64,000 nt of DNA from Bacteroidota bacterium (GTDB lineage: Bacteria; Bacteroidota; Bacteroidia; UKL13-3): the NCBI GenBank assembly GCA_947464275.1, contig CANHVU010000001.1, positions 122,993-186,992 on the forward strand, in the 5' to 3' direction. This document shows, piece after piece, positions 29,463-39,964 of the stretch. How positions within the stretch are numbered: position 1 is the first letter of the stretch; each line of letters begins with the position of its first letter. A model generated the notes under the pieces. That model was given only the letters and a program-made list of their open reading frames with translations. It had not been told where the DNA came from and ran no database searches. The translations under genes and the position numbers were made by a program.

Positions 29463-31703
29463 ATGAATCAATCTATTCCATCGGGCAATCTAGCCTCACT
29501 TGAACAAGCACAGCAATTAGGTCTTAGACCAGAAGAATTTGAAAAAATTAAAGAAATTTTAGGTCGTACACCCACTTTTACCGAAATGAGTATTTACTCA
29601 GTAATGTGGAGCGAGCATTGTTCATATAAAAACTCTATAGTTTGGTTAAAAACATTGCCTAAAAAAGGTGAAAAAATGTTGGCCGAAGCAGGTGAAGAAA
29701 ATGCTGGATTAATTGATATTGGCGATGGATTGGCTTGTTGTTTTAAAATTGAAAGTCATAATCACCCAAGTGCTATTGAACCTTACCAAGGGGCTGCAAC
29801 GGGTGTGGGCGGAATTAACCGCGATATTTTTTCGATGGGAGCTCGCCCAATTGCGCAACTAAATTCATTACGTTTTGGAAACATTGAAAACGAAAGAACA
29901 AAATGGTTAGTTCGTGGAGTAGTTAAAGGAATTGGAAATTATGGAAATGCATTTGGTATTCCTACTGTCGGTGGCGAAGTATATTTTGATGATTGCTACC
30001 AAATCAACCCTCTGGTAAATGCCATGAGTGTGGGAATAGCAAAGGTTGGTAAAACCGTTTCTGCCATTGCGGAAGGTGTTGGTAATCCAGTTTATATTTT
30101 TGGTTCAGCTACTGGTAAAGATGGAATTCATGGTGCTGCATTTGCTAGTAAAGATATTACAGAAGATTCAGCAAAAGATTTGCCTTCGGTTCAAGTAGGC
30201 GATCCTTTCTGGGAAAAATTGATTTTGGAAGCCAGCATGGAATTATTGGAAACCGATGCCATTGTTGGTATGCAAGATATGGGTGCTGCGGGAATTACTT
30301 GCTCAACTAGCGAGATGAGTGCAAAAAGTGGAACAGGAATGACGGTGTGGTTGGATAAAGTTCCTATGCGTCAAGAAGGCATGAAAGATTGGGAAATTCT
30401 CTTATCAGAAAGCCAAGAGCGCATGTTGGTGATTGTGAAAAAAGGAATGGAAGCCCAAGTTGAAAAAGTATTAGAAAAATGGGATTTAACCTATAATATC
30501 ATTGGTGAAGTAACTGATTCAGGTAGGGTTCAATATTACATGAACGATGAATTAAGAGCTGATATTCCGGGCGAAAGTTTGGTTTTAGGTGGTGGTGCTC
30601 CTGTTTATCACCGTGAATACACCGAGCCAAAATACTTTAAAGAAATTGAAAAATTTGATATAAACAATATAGCAGATTGTAAACCAGAGCAAGCTATTAA
30701 TGTCGCTAAATTCCTGGCTGCACACCCAAATATTGCATCGAAAAGATGGGTGTATAACCAATATGATAGCATGGTAGGAACCATAAACCAAACTACCAAT
30801 GCACCTAGTGATGCATCGGTGGTAAAAGTTAAAGGAACCGACAAGTCAATTGCTATGACGGTAGATTGTAACAGCCGTTTTGTTTGGGCTGACCCATTTG
30901 TAGGCGGACAAATTGCAGTGGCAGAAGCAGCACGTAATTTGGTTTGCTCAGGTGCAGAGCCTGCGGCAATTACCAATTGCTTAAACTTTGGAAATCCTTA
31001 TAACCCTGAAGTGTATTACCAATTTGTATATGCTATAAAAGGCATGGGCGAAGCTTGTAAAAAGTTTGATACGCCTGTAACAGGTGGAAACGTAAGTTTT
31101 TATAACCAAAGCAGCGACAATGATGCTGTTTTCCCAACTCCAACCATTGGTATGGTGGGTTTAATTGGAGATAACAAAAAACACATGACCATGGATTTTA
31201 AAAATGCAGGTGATGTAATTTATATGCTAGGCAATAGCAAAAACGATATTGGTTCATCGCATTATTTGGCGCATTACCATAAAGTACAATACTCTCCAGC
31301 ACCGTACTTTAACTTAGACGAAGAGCACCAATTACACAAAGCTTTATTAGGTTTAATCAATGGCAATCATATCGAATCAGCTCACGATGTTAGCGAAGGT
31401 GGTTTGTTTATTACTTTACTAGAAAGTGCTATGAACAGAAATCTTTCATTCAACATTCAACATTCAACATCCAACATTCGTTTAGATGCTTTCTTATTTG
31501 GTGAAGCTCAAGGGCGTGTGGTAATTTCAGTAAAAACAAACAATTGTGCCCAAGTTGAAAGTTACTTAAATGGATTAAATATGCCATTTGAAAAACTTGG
31601 AACTGTTACTGAAAATAATATTCAAGTAAATGATATTGATTTTGGCAAAACTGCTGATTTGGCAAACATTTACAACAATTCTTTAGCTGAAAAATTAGCT
31701 TAA
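29463..31703 (+). CDS. purL: phosphoribosylformylglycinamidine synthase subunit PurL (FGAM synthase II)
   Basis: PurL N-terminus MNQSIPSG...[20 protein letters not shown], then SEHCSYK and two AIR-synthase-related domains. The track ORF start at 29325 adds a 46-aa extension that is probably not translated. Confidence 0.9.
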   Translation: MNQSIPSGNLASLEQAQQLGLRPEEFEKIKEILGRTPTFTEMSIYSVMWSEHCSYKNSIVWLKTLPKKGEKMLAEAGEENAGLIDIGDGLACCFKIESHNHPSAIEPYQGAATGVGGINRDIFSMGARPIAQLNSLRFGNIENERTKWLVRGVVKGIGNYGNAFGIPTVGGEVYFDDCYQINPLVNAMSVGIAKVGKTVSAIAEGVGNPVYIFGSATGKDGIHGAAFASKDITEDSAKDLPSVQVGDPFWEKLILEASMELLETDAIVGMQDMGAAGITCSTSEMSAKSGTGMTVWLDKVPMRQEGMKDWEILLSESQERMLVIVKKGMEAQVEKVLEKWDLTYNIIGEVTDSGRVQYYMNDELRADIPGESLVLGGGAPVYHREYTEPKYFKEIEKFDINNIADCKPEQAINVAKFLAAHPNIASKRWVYNQYDSMVGTINQTTNAPSDASVVKVKGTDKSIAMTVDCNSRFVWADPFVGGQIAVAEAARNLVCSGAEPAAITNCLNFGNPYNPEVYYQFVYAIKGMGEACKKFDTPVTGGNVSFYNQSSDNDAVFPTPTIGMVGLIGDNKKHMTMDFKNAGDVIYMLGNSKNDIGSSHYLAHYHKVQYSPAPYFNLDEEHQLHKALLGLINGNHIESAHDVSEGGLFITLLESAMNRNLSFNIQHSTSNIRLDAFLFGEAQGRVVISVKTNNCAQVESYLNGLNMPFEKLGTVTENNIQVNDIDFGKTADLANIYNNSLAEKLA
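31447..31479. repeat. in-CDS heptamer microsatellite (CATTCAA) x4.3 within purL
   Basis: Read directly. It encodes ...[11 protein letters not shown].... Confidence 0.85.
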
Positions 31704-31721
31704 TTTATTCTACTACTATTT

Positions 31722-31760
31722 CAAAAAAGCTTGACATTGAAAAGTGTCAAGCTTTTTTGT
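31722..31760. terminator. bidirectional rho-independent terminator
   Basis: A perfect 10-bp stem AAGCTTGACA/TGTCAAGCTT is flanked by an A-run and a T-run. It lies between convergent purL and the ATPase gene. Confidence 0.7.
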
Positions 31761-31761
31761 T

Positions 31762-32931
31762 TTATACTTCCCCCAAAAACTTCTGCAAAAAATGTTCTAA
31801 ACTACAAACCCAAATGTTCTTTATGGGATAAGTGTCGCTGCTTGGTGTAATTACGTAGTTTTGGGTCGTTTCTAAATCGTCTATACAATTATAAAACCCA
31901 CGACTAACAGCAGGTGCATTCGATAATTTTATTTCAATACAAGCCACAGGTTGATTGGCTTTAACCAATACCACGTCTACCTCTGCGCCATTTTGGGTTC
32001 TGTAATAAAACATGTCAATTCCTTCGGGTCTGCTCGCATAAATTTGTTGAATAACATAACCTTCCCAGGAAGCACCGATAATTGGATGACTTTGTAAAGT
32101 ATCATTATCAGTTATTCTGTTTACATAATGCACAATTCCACTATCCTTTACATACACCTTTGGGGCTTTAACCATTCGTTTATTGGTATTGGCTGTAAAG
32201 GCTTGTAGTCTATGCACTAAAAAAGCGCCTTCCAAAAACTCAAAATAACGATTTGCAGTTGGGGCACTTACACCTAATGAATTGGCATACATTTCTGCTT
32301 TCCAAATATTTCCTTGGTTATAAGCCAACATTTGCCAAAGTTTAGCAATGGCTACGGAATTTAAATTTACTCCAAAAAGCAACCTAAAATCGCGCTCGGT
32401 GTAAGTTTTTATAAAAGCAGCCATCCAATCGGCCCAAGCCAAATTGTTTTCAGTTAAAAATGCTTGAGGAAATCCACCTTTTAGCCAATGTGTACGCCAA
32501 TTAAAACCACTAGTTGTAATTTCTTGTAATTTTAAAGGACCAAGTCCTAAAAACGATATTCTACCTGCCAATGATTCAGTTACACCATGCACCAAATTTG
32601 GCGAGGCAGAACCTAATAACAAAAACCTTCCATTTCGCCTGTTGGAGTCAATTACTGAGCGTAAAACAGAAAATATTTCTGGTATTAATTGCGCTTCATC
32701 TATAATTACAAGTTTTTCTTCATTTACTTTAAAATAAGCCTCCGCATCTGTAAGTTTGGCTTTATCAGTAGGACTTTCCAAATCTAAATAAATAAAGCCA
32801 TTGCTTTGCAAAGCACCAAATGCTTTAGCTAAGGTAGTTTTACCACATTGCCTTGGCCCCAAAATAGCAATGGCTGGAGCCCAGCCTGCTTTTAAGCTTA
32901 ATTTAGCTAAATCATCTCTATTTATCACCAT
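31762..32931 (-). CDS. AAA-family ATPase with DUF4143-type C-terminal domain
   Basis: Walker A GPRQCGKTTLAK, Walker B LVIIDEAQ. The track ORF runs to 32994. The start MVINRDD at 32931 fits the family N-terminus and keeps the gene clear of the upstream inverted repeat. Confidence 0.65.
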   Translation of the reverse strand: MVINRDDLAKLSLKAGWAPAIAILGPRQCGKTTLAKAFGALQSNGFIYLDLESPTDKAKLTDAEAYFKVNEEKLVIIDEAQLIPEIFSVLRSVIDSNRRNGRFLLLGSASPNLVHGVTESLAGRISFLGLGPLKLQEITTSGFNWRTHWLKGGFPQAFLTENNLAWADWMAAFIKTYTERDFRLLFGVNLNSVAIAKLWQMLAYNQGNIWKAEMYANSLGVSAPTANRYFEFLEGAFLVHRLQAFTANTNKRMVKAPKVYVKDSGIVHYVNRITDNDTLQSHPIIGASWEGYVIQQIYASRPEGIDMFYYRTQNGAEVDVVLVKANQPVACIEIKLSNAPAVSRGFYNCIDDLETTQNYVITPSSDTYPIKNIWVCSLEHFLQKFLGEV

Positions 32932-32976
32932 ACAAATAAAATCATTAACCATGAAAAACCAAAATATAATTTTCAT

Positions 32977-33039
32977 TTTACTTGGTTGAAGCATATTAAA
33001 CCAAGTAAATCAAAAATGCAATTTTCGATTTACTTGGTT
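32977..33039. promoter_or_regulatory. putative operator: 11-bp inverted repeat TTTACTTGGTT-N11-AACCAAGTAAA plus a third direct copy 41 bp downstream, in the divergent promoter region
   Basis: Read directly. Confidence 0.4.
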
Positions 33040-33115
33040 TTTTTAAGTGTTTGAATTACTTTTCAAATTTTATTTATTACCTAAAAAACAACTTAATTTG
33101 CACCGCCTTAAAGTT

Positions 33116-33772
33116 ATGCAAAAACACTTTTTAACTGTTCCTAAAACAGCCAGATACTTTACCCAAGGAGATTTAACAGAAAATACGCAATACATTTGGA
33201 TTGTAATTCATGGTTATGCTCAAACTGCGGATTCTTTTATAAATAGCTTTGAAATATTGGGAGATGAACATTTTATTATAGCTCCCGAAGGTTTAAATAA
33301 ATTTTACTCGCGTGGGTTTAGCGGAAGCCCAGTTGCTAGCTGGATGACTAGCCTAGAACGCGAAAATGAAATAATTGATTACAACAATTATTTAAACCAA
33401 TTAGTAGAAAGTTTAAATTTAAAATCTTACACCAATACCAAACTAGTGCTACTAGGTTTCAGTCAAGGAGTATCAACTCAAACTCGTTTTTTAAACCAAA
33501 CGCCTATAAAATTTGATTTTTCGGTAATGATTGCTGGAGAGATTGGTAAAGAGTTTCAAGAACATTTACCCGAACGAATAGCTAAAACAAATAGCCTATA
33601 TTTAGTAGGTAATCAAGAAAATTTAATTAAACCCGAAAAGATTGAATTTCACCAACAGTTATTCAAAAACAGTAATTGCTCTTTTAACATTTTTGAGGGA
33701 AAACACGAAGTAAATGAACATGCAGTAAACACCATTTTACAGTGGTTAAAACATAATGCTACAAACCAATAG
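33116..33772 (+). CDS. alpha/beta hydrolase (phospholipase/carboxylesterase family)
   Basis: Motifs WIVIHGYAQ and the nucleophile elbow GFSQG. The track start at 33047 is an alternative. Confidence 0.6.
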   Translation: MQKHFLTVPKTARYFTQGDLTENTQYIWIVIHGYAQTADSFINSFEILGDEHFIIAPEGLNKFYSRGFSGSPVASWMTSLERENEIIDYNNYLNQLVESLNLKSYTNTKLVLLGFSQGVSTQTRFLNQTPIKFDFSVMIAGEIGKEFQEHLPERIAKTNSLYLVGNQENLIKPEKIEFHQQLFKNSNCSFNIFEGKHEVNEHAVNTILQWLKHNATNQ

Positions 33773-34478
33773 CTAGTATATCGGCCAAATGCAAAAACTT
33801 TAAATTGACTCCTTGTTTTTCGGCTATGCTTTTTAAGTGAATCAAACAGCTGTAATCGGTTGAAACTACTGTTTGAACTCCTGTTTCCTTTATAGCATTT
33901 AATTTTTTATTTCCTAAGTGAATAGCAATATCTGAATTAGTAACAGAAAAAGCTCCACCAAAACCGCAGCACTCATCTTGGTTTGGTAGTTCAACCAATT
34001 CTAAACCTTCTATTTGCTCCAACAATTTACGTGGTTGGGCTTTTATACCGCAACCATTCAAACCCGTGCAAGTATCCATAAAAACCACTTTACCACTGAA
34101 TTTTGAACCAATAGTTTCAACCTTTAATACATCAACTAAAAATTCGCTTAACTCAAAAGTGCGCTTTTGTAATTGCCTAAACTTATTATGATACGAAGAA
34201 TTTTGAAATAATAAATCGTATGAATTTCTTATCATTCCTGTACAAGCCGAACCTGCGCATACAAAATTTCTATCAGGCGTAATTTCATTTAATAGTTTTT
34301 CGCTTACTTGACGTGCTTCATTCCATTGGCCTGCGTTAAAAGCGGGTAAGCCACAACAAGTTTGTTCAATATTATAATTAACCTGGCAGCCAGCTTTTTC
34401 TAGCACCTTTACCATATTAAATCCTGTTTGTGGATTAAACTGATCTATAAAACAAGGAATAAATAAATCTATTTTCAT
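33759..34478 (-). CDS. (Fe-S)-binding protein with two CCG cysteine-rich domains (LutA/YkgE-like)
   Basis: CCG motifs CFIDQF...CCGLP and CTG...CCGFGG. Confidence 0.7.
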   Translation of the reverse strand: MKIDLFIPCFIDQFNPQTGFNMVKVLEKAGCQVNYNIEQTCCGLPAFNAGQWNEARQVSEKLLNEITPDRNFVCAGSACTGMIRNSYDLLFQNSSYHNKFRQLQKRTFELSEFLVDVLKVETIGSKFSGKVVFMDTCTGLNGCGIKAQPRKLLEQIEGLELVELPNQDECCGFGGAFSVTNSDIAIHLGNKKLNAIKETGVQTVVSTDYSCLIHLKSIAEKQGVNLKFLHLADILAIGL

Positions 34479-34495
34479 GGGTAATTTTTTACTGT

Positions 34496-35953
34496 TTATG
34501 CCTTTGAAACATGATAGCTTTTAAAGTTTTTTATTTGAACCACAAATATTAAACCTATTAAAAAATAAATAGCTAATGCCACGACAGAAAGGCGCATATT
34601 ATGGGTAATTCCATTTAATAACCCGTAGCTAAAAGTTCCTAAAACAATGGCAAATTTCTCGCACACATCAAAAAAACTAAAATAAGATGCTGTGTCTTTG
34701 GTATTTTCAGGTATTAATTTGGCATAAGTACTTCTAAACATAGATTGAACACCACCCATAACCATTCCCACTAACACCCCTAAACCCATAAAATGAATCA
34801 CTACTTTTTTAACCTGCACCCCTCCTATTGTAAAATATTCGGGCGTATCGCGTATGCTGTATGCTAAAAAGCAAATAACCATCCAAATAACAATGGTAAT
34901 AATAAGCGTATAAATATTACCGATAGCAGCCGAAATGCGCGAAAACGCCCAAGCCCCTAATATGGCAATAAGTTGAATAACCAAAATGGTTCCAATTAAT
35001 ACGCCAGTATCTAAATGCAACTCTTCTTCACCAAACAAACTAGCCACATACATAACAGTTTGCACACCCATACTGGTAAAAAAGAAACCTAACAAATATT
35101 TTAACATGGTAGGCTGTTGTTTTACTTGTAACCACACTTTTTTCAGTTCTTCAAAACCTTTGTTTAAAATATTGCCATCGTAAGTTTTATTGCTATGCAC
35201 TTCGGGTACATTTTTAAACATAATTTGAGCAAAACCCGCCCACCATAAACCAACCGAAACAAAAGATAAACGTGTGGCAATTCCAGCATAAATTCCTTTG
35301 GCTTCTTCTGTGGCTAAATCGTTAGTTAAAATAGGATTGGCAGCCATTAATTCAGCCGCTTTACTCTGGATAGGAAAAAACATATCAGGCATCATAATGG
35401 TTAATAAATTAATAATTAACAAAATAACACTACCAATATAACCCATCGAAAAACCTTTAGCACTTACTTTATCAAGCATGTCTTCACTCGCAATTTCAGG
35501 TAGAAATGCATTATAGAAAACTATACTTCCTGCAAAACCGACCAAACTTAACATGAATAAAACAACGCCCAAGCCGATGGTATTGGCAGTAAAAAAATAC
35601 ATACTTATACAACTAGCCGAACCCATATAACAAAAAACTTTAAGAAAAAATTTCTTGTTTTGTTTAAAATCGGCAATGCCTGAAAGTAACGGACTTAAAA
35701 AGGCCACAATTAAAAAACCAGCAGAAACCACAAAAGAATAAAGCTCAGCTCCAATAACCTTCATACCCCAAAAATTGAGGTAATAAATGCCATCAGTCAT
35801 AGAACCTTGCGCCTCAGAGGCTACTTTACACATTTTATTAAAATATATGGGGAAAATAGCTGTGGCAATGGTTAACGAAAAAACCGAATTGGCCCAATCG
35901 TACATGGCCCACGAGTTGATAATTTTTTTATCGTTTAATACAATTTTTTGCAT
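34496..35953 (-). CDS. MFS transporter (UMF1/Atg22-like family)
   Basis: About 12 TM helices. N-terminal motif WAMYDWANSVFS. Confidence 0.65.
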   Translation of the reverse strand: MQKIVLNDKKIINSWAMYDWANSVFSLTIATAIFPIYFNKMCKVASEAQGSMTDGIYYLNFWGMKVIGAELYSFVVSAGFLIVAFLSPLLSGIADFKQNKKFFLKVFCYMGSASCISMYFFTANTIGLGVVLFMLSLVGFAGSIVFYNAFLPEIASEDMLDKVSAKGFSMGYIGSVILLIINLLTIMMPDMFFPIQSKAAELMAANPILTNDLATEEAKGIYAGIATRLSFVSVGLWWAGFAQIMFKNVPEVHSNKTYDGNILNKGFEELKKVWLQVKQQPTMLKYLLGFFFTSMGVQTVMYVASLFGEEELHLDTGVLIGTILVIQLIAILGAWAFSRISAAIGNIYTLIITIVIWMVICFLAYSIRDTPEYFTIGGVQVKKVVIHFMGLGVLVGMVMGGVQSMFRSTYAKLIPENTKDTASYFSFFDVCEKFAIVLGTFSYGLLNGITHNMRLSVVALAIYFLIGLIFVVQIKNFKSYHVSKA

Positions 35954-36090
35954 GTTAAGTTTATTGTAGTGGGTGCAAGATATTTTTTTAAATAAATAAT
36001 TCTAGCATATTTTATAATCAATTATTTAATCCAACAAAAAACCTTTTACTTTACTGAAAGTTATATTTATCAAATTACCCTTTTTATATT

Positions 36091-37575
36091 TTGAAAACTC
36101 AGCAAAAAAAAGCCATTGTAATTGGTGCGGGCATAGCCGGAATGTCGGCAGCAAGTTACTTAGCCAAAGGTGGTTTTAACGTTACCGTTTTAGAAAAAAA
36201 CAGCAGCATAGGTGGCCGTGCACGCCAGTTTAAAGCCGAAGGTTTTACCTTTGATATGGGCCCAAGTTGGTATTGGATGCCCGATGTATTTGAAAAATTT
36301 TACAACGATTTTGGAAAAACTACAGCCGATTTTTACGAGCTTATTCGCCTTGACCCAAGCTATAAAGTGGTTTGGAAAAACGGAGAAGGAATTGATATTC
36401 CTGCAGATATGGGCGGAATTGAAGCACTCTTTGAAAGATTTGAGCCCGGAAGCAGTAAAAAATTACAACAGTTTTTAAAAGAAGCGGCTTATAAATACGA
36501 TGTAGGCATTAACGATTTAGTTTATAAACCAAGTTTAAGTTTATTGGAATTTGCCGATATTAGATTATTGAATGGATTGCTAAAAATGGATGTGTTAACC
36601 AGCATGAAAAAACATATACGCCATTTTGTGTCTCATCCTTTCCTTATCGAATTACTCGAGTTTCCTATTTTGTTTTTAGGTGCTTTGGCAAGCAATACAC
36701 CTGCACTTTATAGCTTAATGAATTATGCTGATATGAGCCTAGGAACCTGGTATCCCAAAGGTGGTATGTTTAAATTTGTAGAGGCTTTTGAACAAATAGC
36801 ATTAAGCCAAGGTGTTACTTTTAAACTAAACAGCAATGTTATAAAAATTAACAGTTTAAATGGAAAAGCTACTTCGGTTGAAACTGAAAACGAAACCTTT
36901 GAAGCAGACGTAATTATTGCAGCAGGCGATTATAACCATATTGAACAACAAGTTTTAAACCCAAAAGATAGACAATACTCACCCAAATATTGGGACGATA
37001 GAAAATTGGCTCCAAGTTGTGTACTTTATTATGTAGGTTTAAATAAAACTATAGATGGTTTATTGCACCACAATTTATTTTTTGATACCGATTTTAACCA
37101 ACATGCCGATGAAATTTATACCAATATCAAATGGCCAGAAAATCCACTATTTTATGCCTCGTTAACCTCTAAAACTGATGACACGGCTGCTCCACAAGGA
37201 CACGAAAACTTATTCTTATTGGTACCCATTTCAACCGAATTAACAGACGATTCAGAAGAAAAACGTGAAATTTATTTTGATATGATGATGGACCGATTGG
37301 AAAAACATACAAGTCAAAAAATAAAAGAACATGTAATTTACAAACGCAGTTTTGGAATAAATAATTTTAAAAGCGACTACCACTCATTTAAAGGAAATGC
37401 TTATGGATTAGCAAATACATTAACTCAAACTGCCATTTTAAAACCTCGCATAAAAAGCTCTAAATTAAAAAATTTATACTTTGCCGGACAATTAACAGTT
37501 CCCGGACCGGGCGTTCCGCCAAGTATTATCAGTGGTAAGGTGGCAGCCAATTTGGTTATTAAAGAAAATTTATAG
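36091..37575 (+). CDS. crtI: phytoene desaturase (CrtI family)
   Basis: FAD motif AIVIGAGIAGMSAASYLAKGGFNVTVLEKNSSIGGRA. Length 494 aa. Apparent TTG start. Confidence 0.8.
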   Translation: MKTQQKKAIVIGAGIAGMSAASYLAKGGFNVTVLEKNSSIGGRARQFKAEGFTFDMGPSWYWMPDVFEKFYNDFGKTTADFYELIRLDPSYKVVWKNGEGIDIPADMGGIEALFERFEPGSSKKLQQFLKEAAYKYDVGINDLVYKPSLSLLEFADIRLLNGLLKMDVLTSMKKHIRHFVSHPFLIELLEFPILFLGALASNTPALYSLMNYADMSLGTWYPKGGMFKFVEAFEQIALSQGVTFKLNSNVIKINSLNGKATSVETENETFEADVIIAAGDYNHIEQQVLNPKDRQYSPKYWDDRKLAPSCVLYYVGLNKTIDGLLHHNLFFDTDFNQHADEIYTNIKWPENPLFYASLTSKTDDTAAPQGHENLFLLVPISTELTDDSEEKREIYFDMMMDRLEKHTSQKIKEHVIYKRSFGINNFKSDYHSFKGNAYGLANTLTQTAILKPRIKSSKLKNLYFAGQLTVPGPGVPPSIISGKVAANLVIKENL

Positions 37576-37640
37576 TAAGGTTTAAAACAATTTACAAACA
37601 AAATCATTGTTAATTATAAAAAAAATCATAGATTTATAAA

Positions 37641-38477
37641 ATGAAACCCCTATTCGACAATATATCGCGTAAAAGTAGCAAAATGGTTACTAAGGCATAC
37701 AGTACCTCATTTTCTATGGGAATTAAATTCTTAGCCAAACGCTTTCATGACCCTATTTATGGTGTTTATGGTTTTGTAAGGTTAGCCGATGAAATTGTAG
37801 ATTCGTTTCACGATTACGATAAACGCCAATTACTTGCCGAATTTAGGGAAGATACTTACAAGGCTATTGAACAAAAAATTAGTTTAAATCCAATTCTAAA
37901 TTCATTTCAAGAAGTGGTAAATAAATACCAAATTGACCATTGGACCATTGAAACTTTTTTAAAAAGTATGGAAATGGATTTGGACAAAAATACTTACGAC
38001 CAACATGGTTATGAAGAATATATTTTAGGTTCGGCAGAGGTAGTAGGTTTAATGTGTTTGAGCGTATTTACCGAAGGTAATAAAGCCATGTATGAGGAAT
38101 TGAAACCTTATGCCATGAAATTAGGTTCGGCTTTCCAAAAAATCAACTTCTTACGCGATTTTAAAGCCGATGCCGATGCTTTAGGACGATTATATTTCCC
38201 ACAATTGCGTACACAAGCATTTGACCAACTTACCAAGGAAGAAATAGAAAAAGACATTATAAAAGACTTCAAAATGGGCTTTGAAGGAATTAAAAAACTA
38301 CCTAAAGATGCTCGCTTTGGCGTTTATGTAGCCTATATTTATTACTCACAATTATTGGCAAAAATAATGGATATGCCTGCAAGTGTAATTATGGAAGAAA
38401 GGGTGCGCATTTCTGATAAACGCAAATATGCATTATTCTTTGGTTCATACTTCCGTCATAGTTTCAACTTACTTTAA
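37641..38477 (+). CDS. crtB: phytoene synthase (squalene/phytoene synthase family)
   Basis: Motifs YSTSF...YGFVRLADEIVD and the second Asp-rich region. Confidence 0.8.
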   Translation: MKPLFDNISRKSSKMVTKAYSTSFSMGIKFLAKRFHDPIYGVYGFVRLADEIVDSFHDYDKRQLLAEFREDTYKAIEQKISLNPILNSFQEVVNKYQIDHWTIETFLKSMEMDLDKNTYDQHGYEEYILGSAEVVGLMCLSVFTEGNKAMYEELKPYAMKLGSAFQKINFLRDFKADADALGRLYFPQLRTQAFDQLTKEEIEKDIIKDFKMGFEGIKKLPKDARFGVYVAYIYYSQLLAKIMDMPASVIMEERVRISDKRKYALFFGSYFRHSFNLL

Positions 38478-38534
38478 TTAGCGAATTTGACCTCGTAATT
38501 TTTCTTTTCAAAGTTATCTTGCGCGCCAAACAAT

Positions 38535-38987
38535 ATGCTAAAAAAGGTTATCCAATTATTTGTTTTTGTATTCATGGTGGTACAATTAATTGCCAATATT
38601 GATTTAAGAAATCAATTTGATAAAGCCATTGATAGTAAAAGTATTGCAGAAAGTTTAAAACAAACTTTGCAACAAAAAAGTAACTTAACTGCTCTAGAGC
38701 TAGGCTATTTGGGCGCCACCAAAATGCTCTTAGCAAAACACTATTTTAATCCATTTAATAAACTCGAAATTTTTAACGAAGGTCGTACTGACTTGGATAA
38801 TGCTTTGAAAAAAGATAAAAACAATGCTGAGCTAGTTTTTTTACGTTATAGCTGCGCTAAAAATGCACCCCATTTTTTAAATTATTATCAAAATATAGCA
38901 ACAGATAAGCAGTTTTTAGAAAATGCTGTTACATCAATGACAGACAGTGATTTAAAGAACAGAATTCAGTTATTTTTAAAAAAATAA
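38535..38987 (+). CDS. hypothetical protein with N-terminal TM/signal segment
   Basis: ORF directly downstream of crtB. No family recognised. Confidence 0.35.
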   Translation: MLKKVIQLFVFVFMVVQLIANIDLRNQFDKAIDSKSIAESLKQTLQQKSNLTALELGYLGATKMLLAKHYFNPFNKLEIFNEGRTDLDNALKKDKNNAELVFLRYSCAKNAPHFLNYYQNIATDKQFLENAVTSMTDSDLKNRIQLFLKK

Positions 38988-39108
38988 CAATTTGTATTTA
39001 AAATGCTTAATACCCATATAAAATATTGACAAAAAAAAGTGGGTTTCATTTACACAAAAACACTATTGTTGCACGCAAAAAAATTTTATAACCATTATAA
39101 AAAATAAA

Positions 39109-39900
39109 ATGTCGACACAAAACATGTATCAAACCATTTTAACTGAAGTAAAAAACAATATTTTTTACGTAACCATCAATCGCGAAGCAAAACTAAATGC
39201 TTTGAATATTCAAACTCTTACCGATATTAAAAATGCTGTATTGAGCATTTACGATAACGCAGAAGTAAGAGGTGTAATTCTTACAGGAAGCGGTAAAAAA
39301 GCTTTTGCTGCTGGTGCTGATATAGCTGAGTTCGCAGAATTTAATGTAGAGCAAGGAACTAAAATGAGTGCTGAAGGGCATGCAGTATTGCGCGCAATTG
39401 AAAACAGCCCAAAACCTGTGGTAGCTGCTATTAATGGTTTTGCTTTAGGTGGTGGAAATGAGTTAGCTATGAGTTGTCATATTAGAATTGCAGCCGAAAA
39501 TGCTCGCTTTGGACAACCAGAAGTTAACTTAGGTATTACGCCAGGTTATGCAGGAACTCAACGTTTAGCTCAATTAATTGGTCGCGGCAGAGCTTTAGAA
39601 TACCTAATGACTGCTGATATGATTGATGCACAAACTGCATTGAACTTAGGTTTAGTTAACCATGTGGTGCCAGCTGATAATTTAATGGCAAAATGCGAAG
39701 AAATTTTAGAGAAAATTAAAACTAAATCTCCATTAGCTATTGCAAGTGTAATTCGTTGTGTTAATGCATACTACGAAAAACGTGCAGATGGAAACGAAGT
39801 AGAAGTAAACGAGTTTGGAAACTTTTTTGGTAGTGAAGATTTTATGGAGGGTACAAAAGCCTTTATGGAACGTAGACCTGCTAATTTTAAAGGAAACTAA
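39109..39900 (+). CDS. enoyl-CoA hydratase/isomerase family protein
   Basis: Crotonase motifs FAAGADIAEF and AAINGFALGGGNELAMSCH. Confidence 0.8.
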   Translation: MSTQNMYQTILTEVKNNIFYVTINREAKLNALNIQTLTDIKNAVLSIYDNAEVRGVILTGSGKKAFAAGADIAEFAEFNVEQGTKMSAEGHAVLRAIENSPKPVVAAINGFALGGGNELAMSCHIRIAAENARFGQPEVNLGITPGYAGTQRLAQLIGRGRALEYLMTADMIDAQTALNLGLVNHVVPADNLMAKCEEILEKIKTKSPLAIASVIRCVNAYYEKRADGNEVEVNEFGNFFGSEDFMEGTKAFMERRPANFKGN

Positions 39901-39910
39901 ATATAAACCA

Positions 39911-39939
39911 AAAAGCTGCTTTTTAAGCAGCTTTTTTTA
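39911..39939 (+). terminator. rho-independent terminator
   Basis: Stem AAGCTGCTT/AAGCAGCTT followed by TTTTTTT. Confidence 0.7.
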
Positions 39940-39964
39940 TGTTTGCCGCTTAATAAATTAAACC

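Noticed and set aside
32995-33115. Track ORF starts at 32994 (ATPase) and 33047 (hydrolase)
   Set aside because: Both alternative N-termini run through the 11-bp inverted-repeat operator and do not match family N-termini. The internal ATG starts at 32931 and 33116 were preferred.
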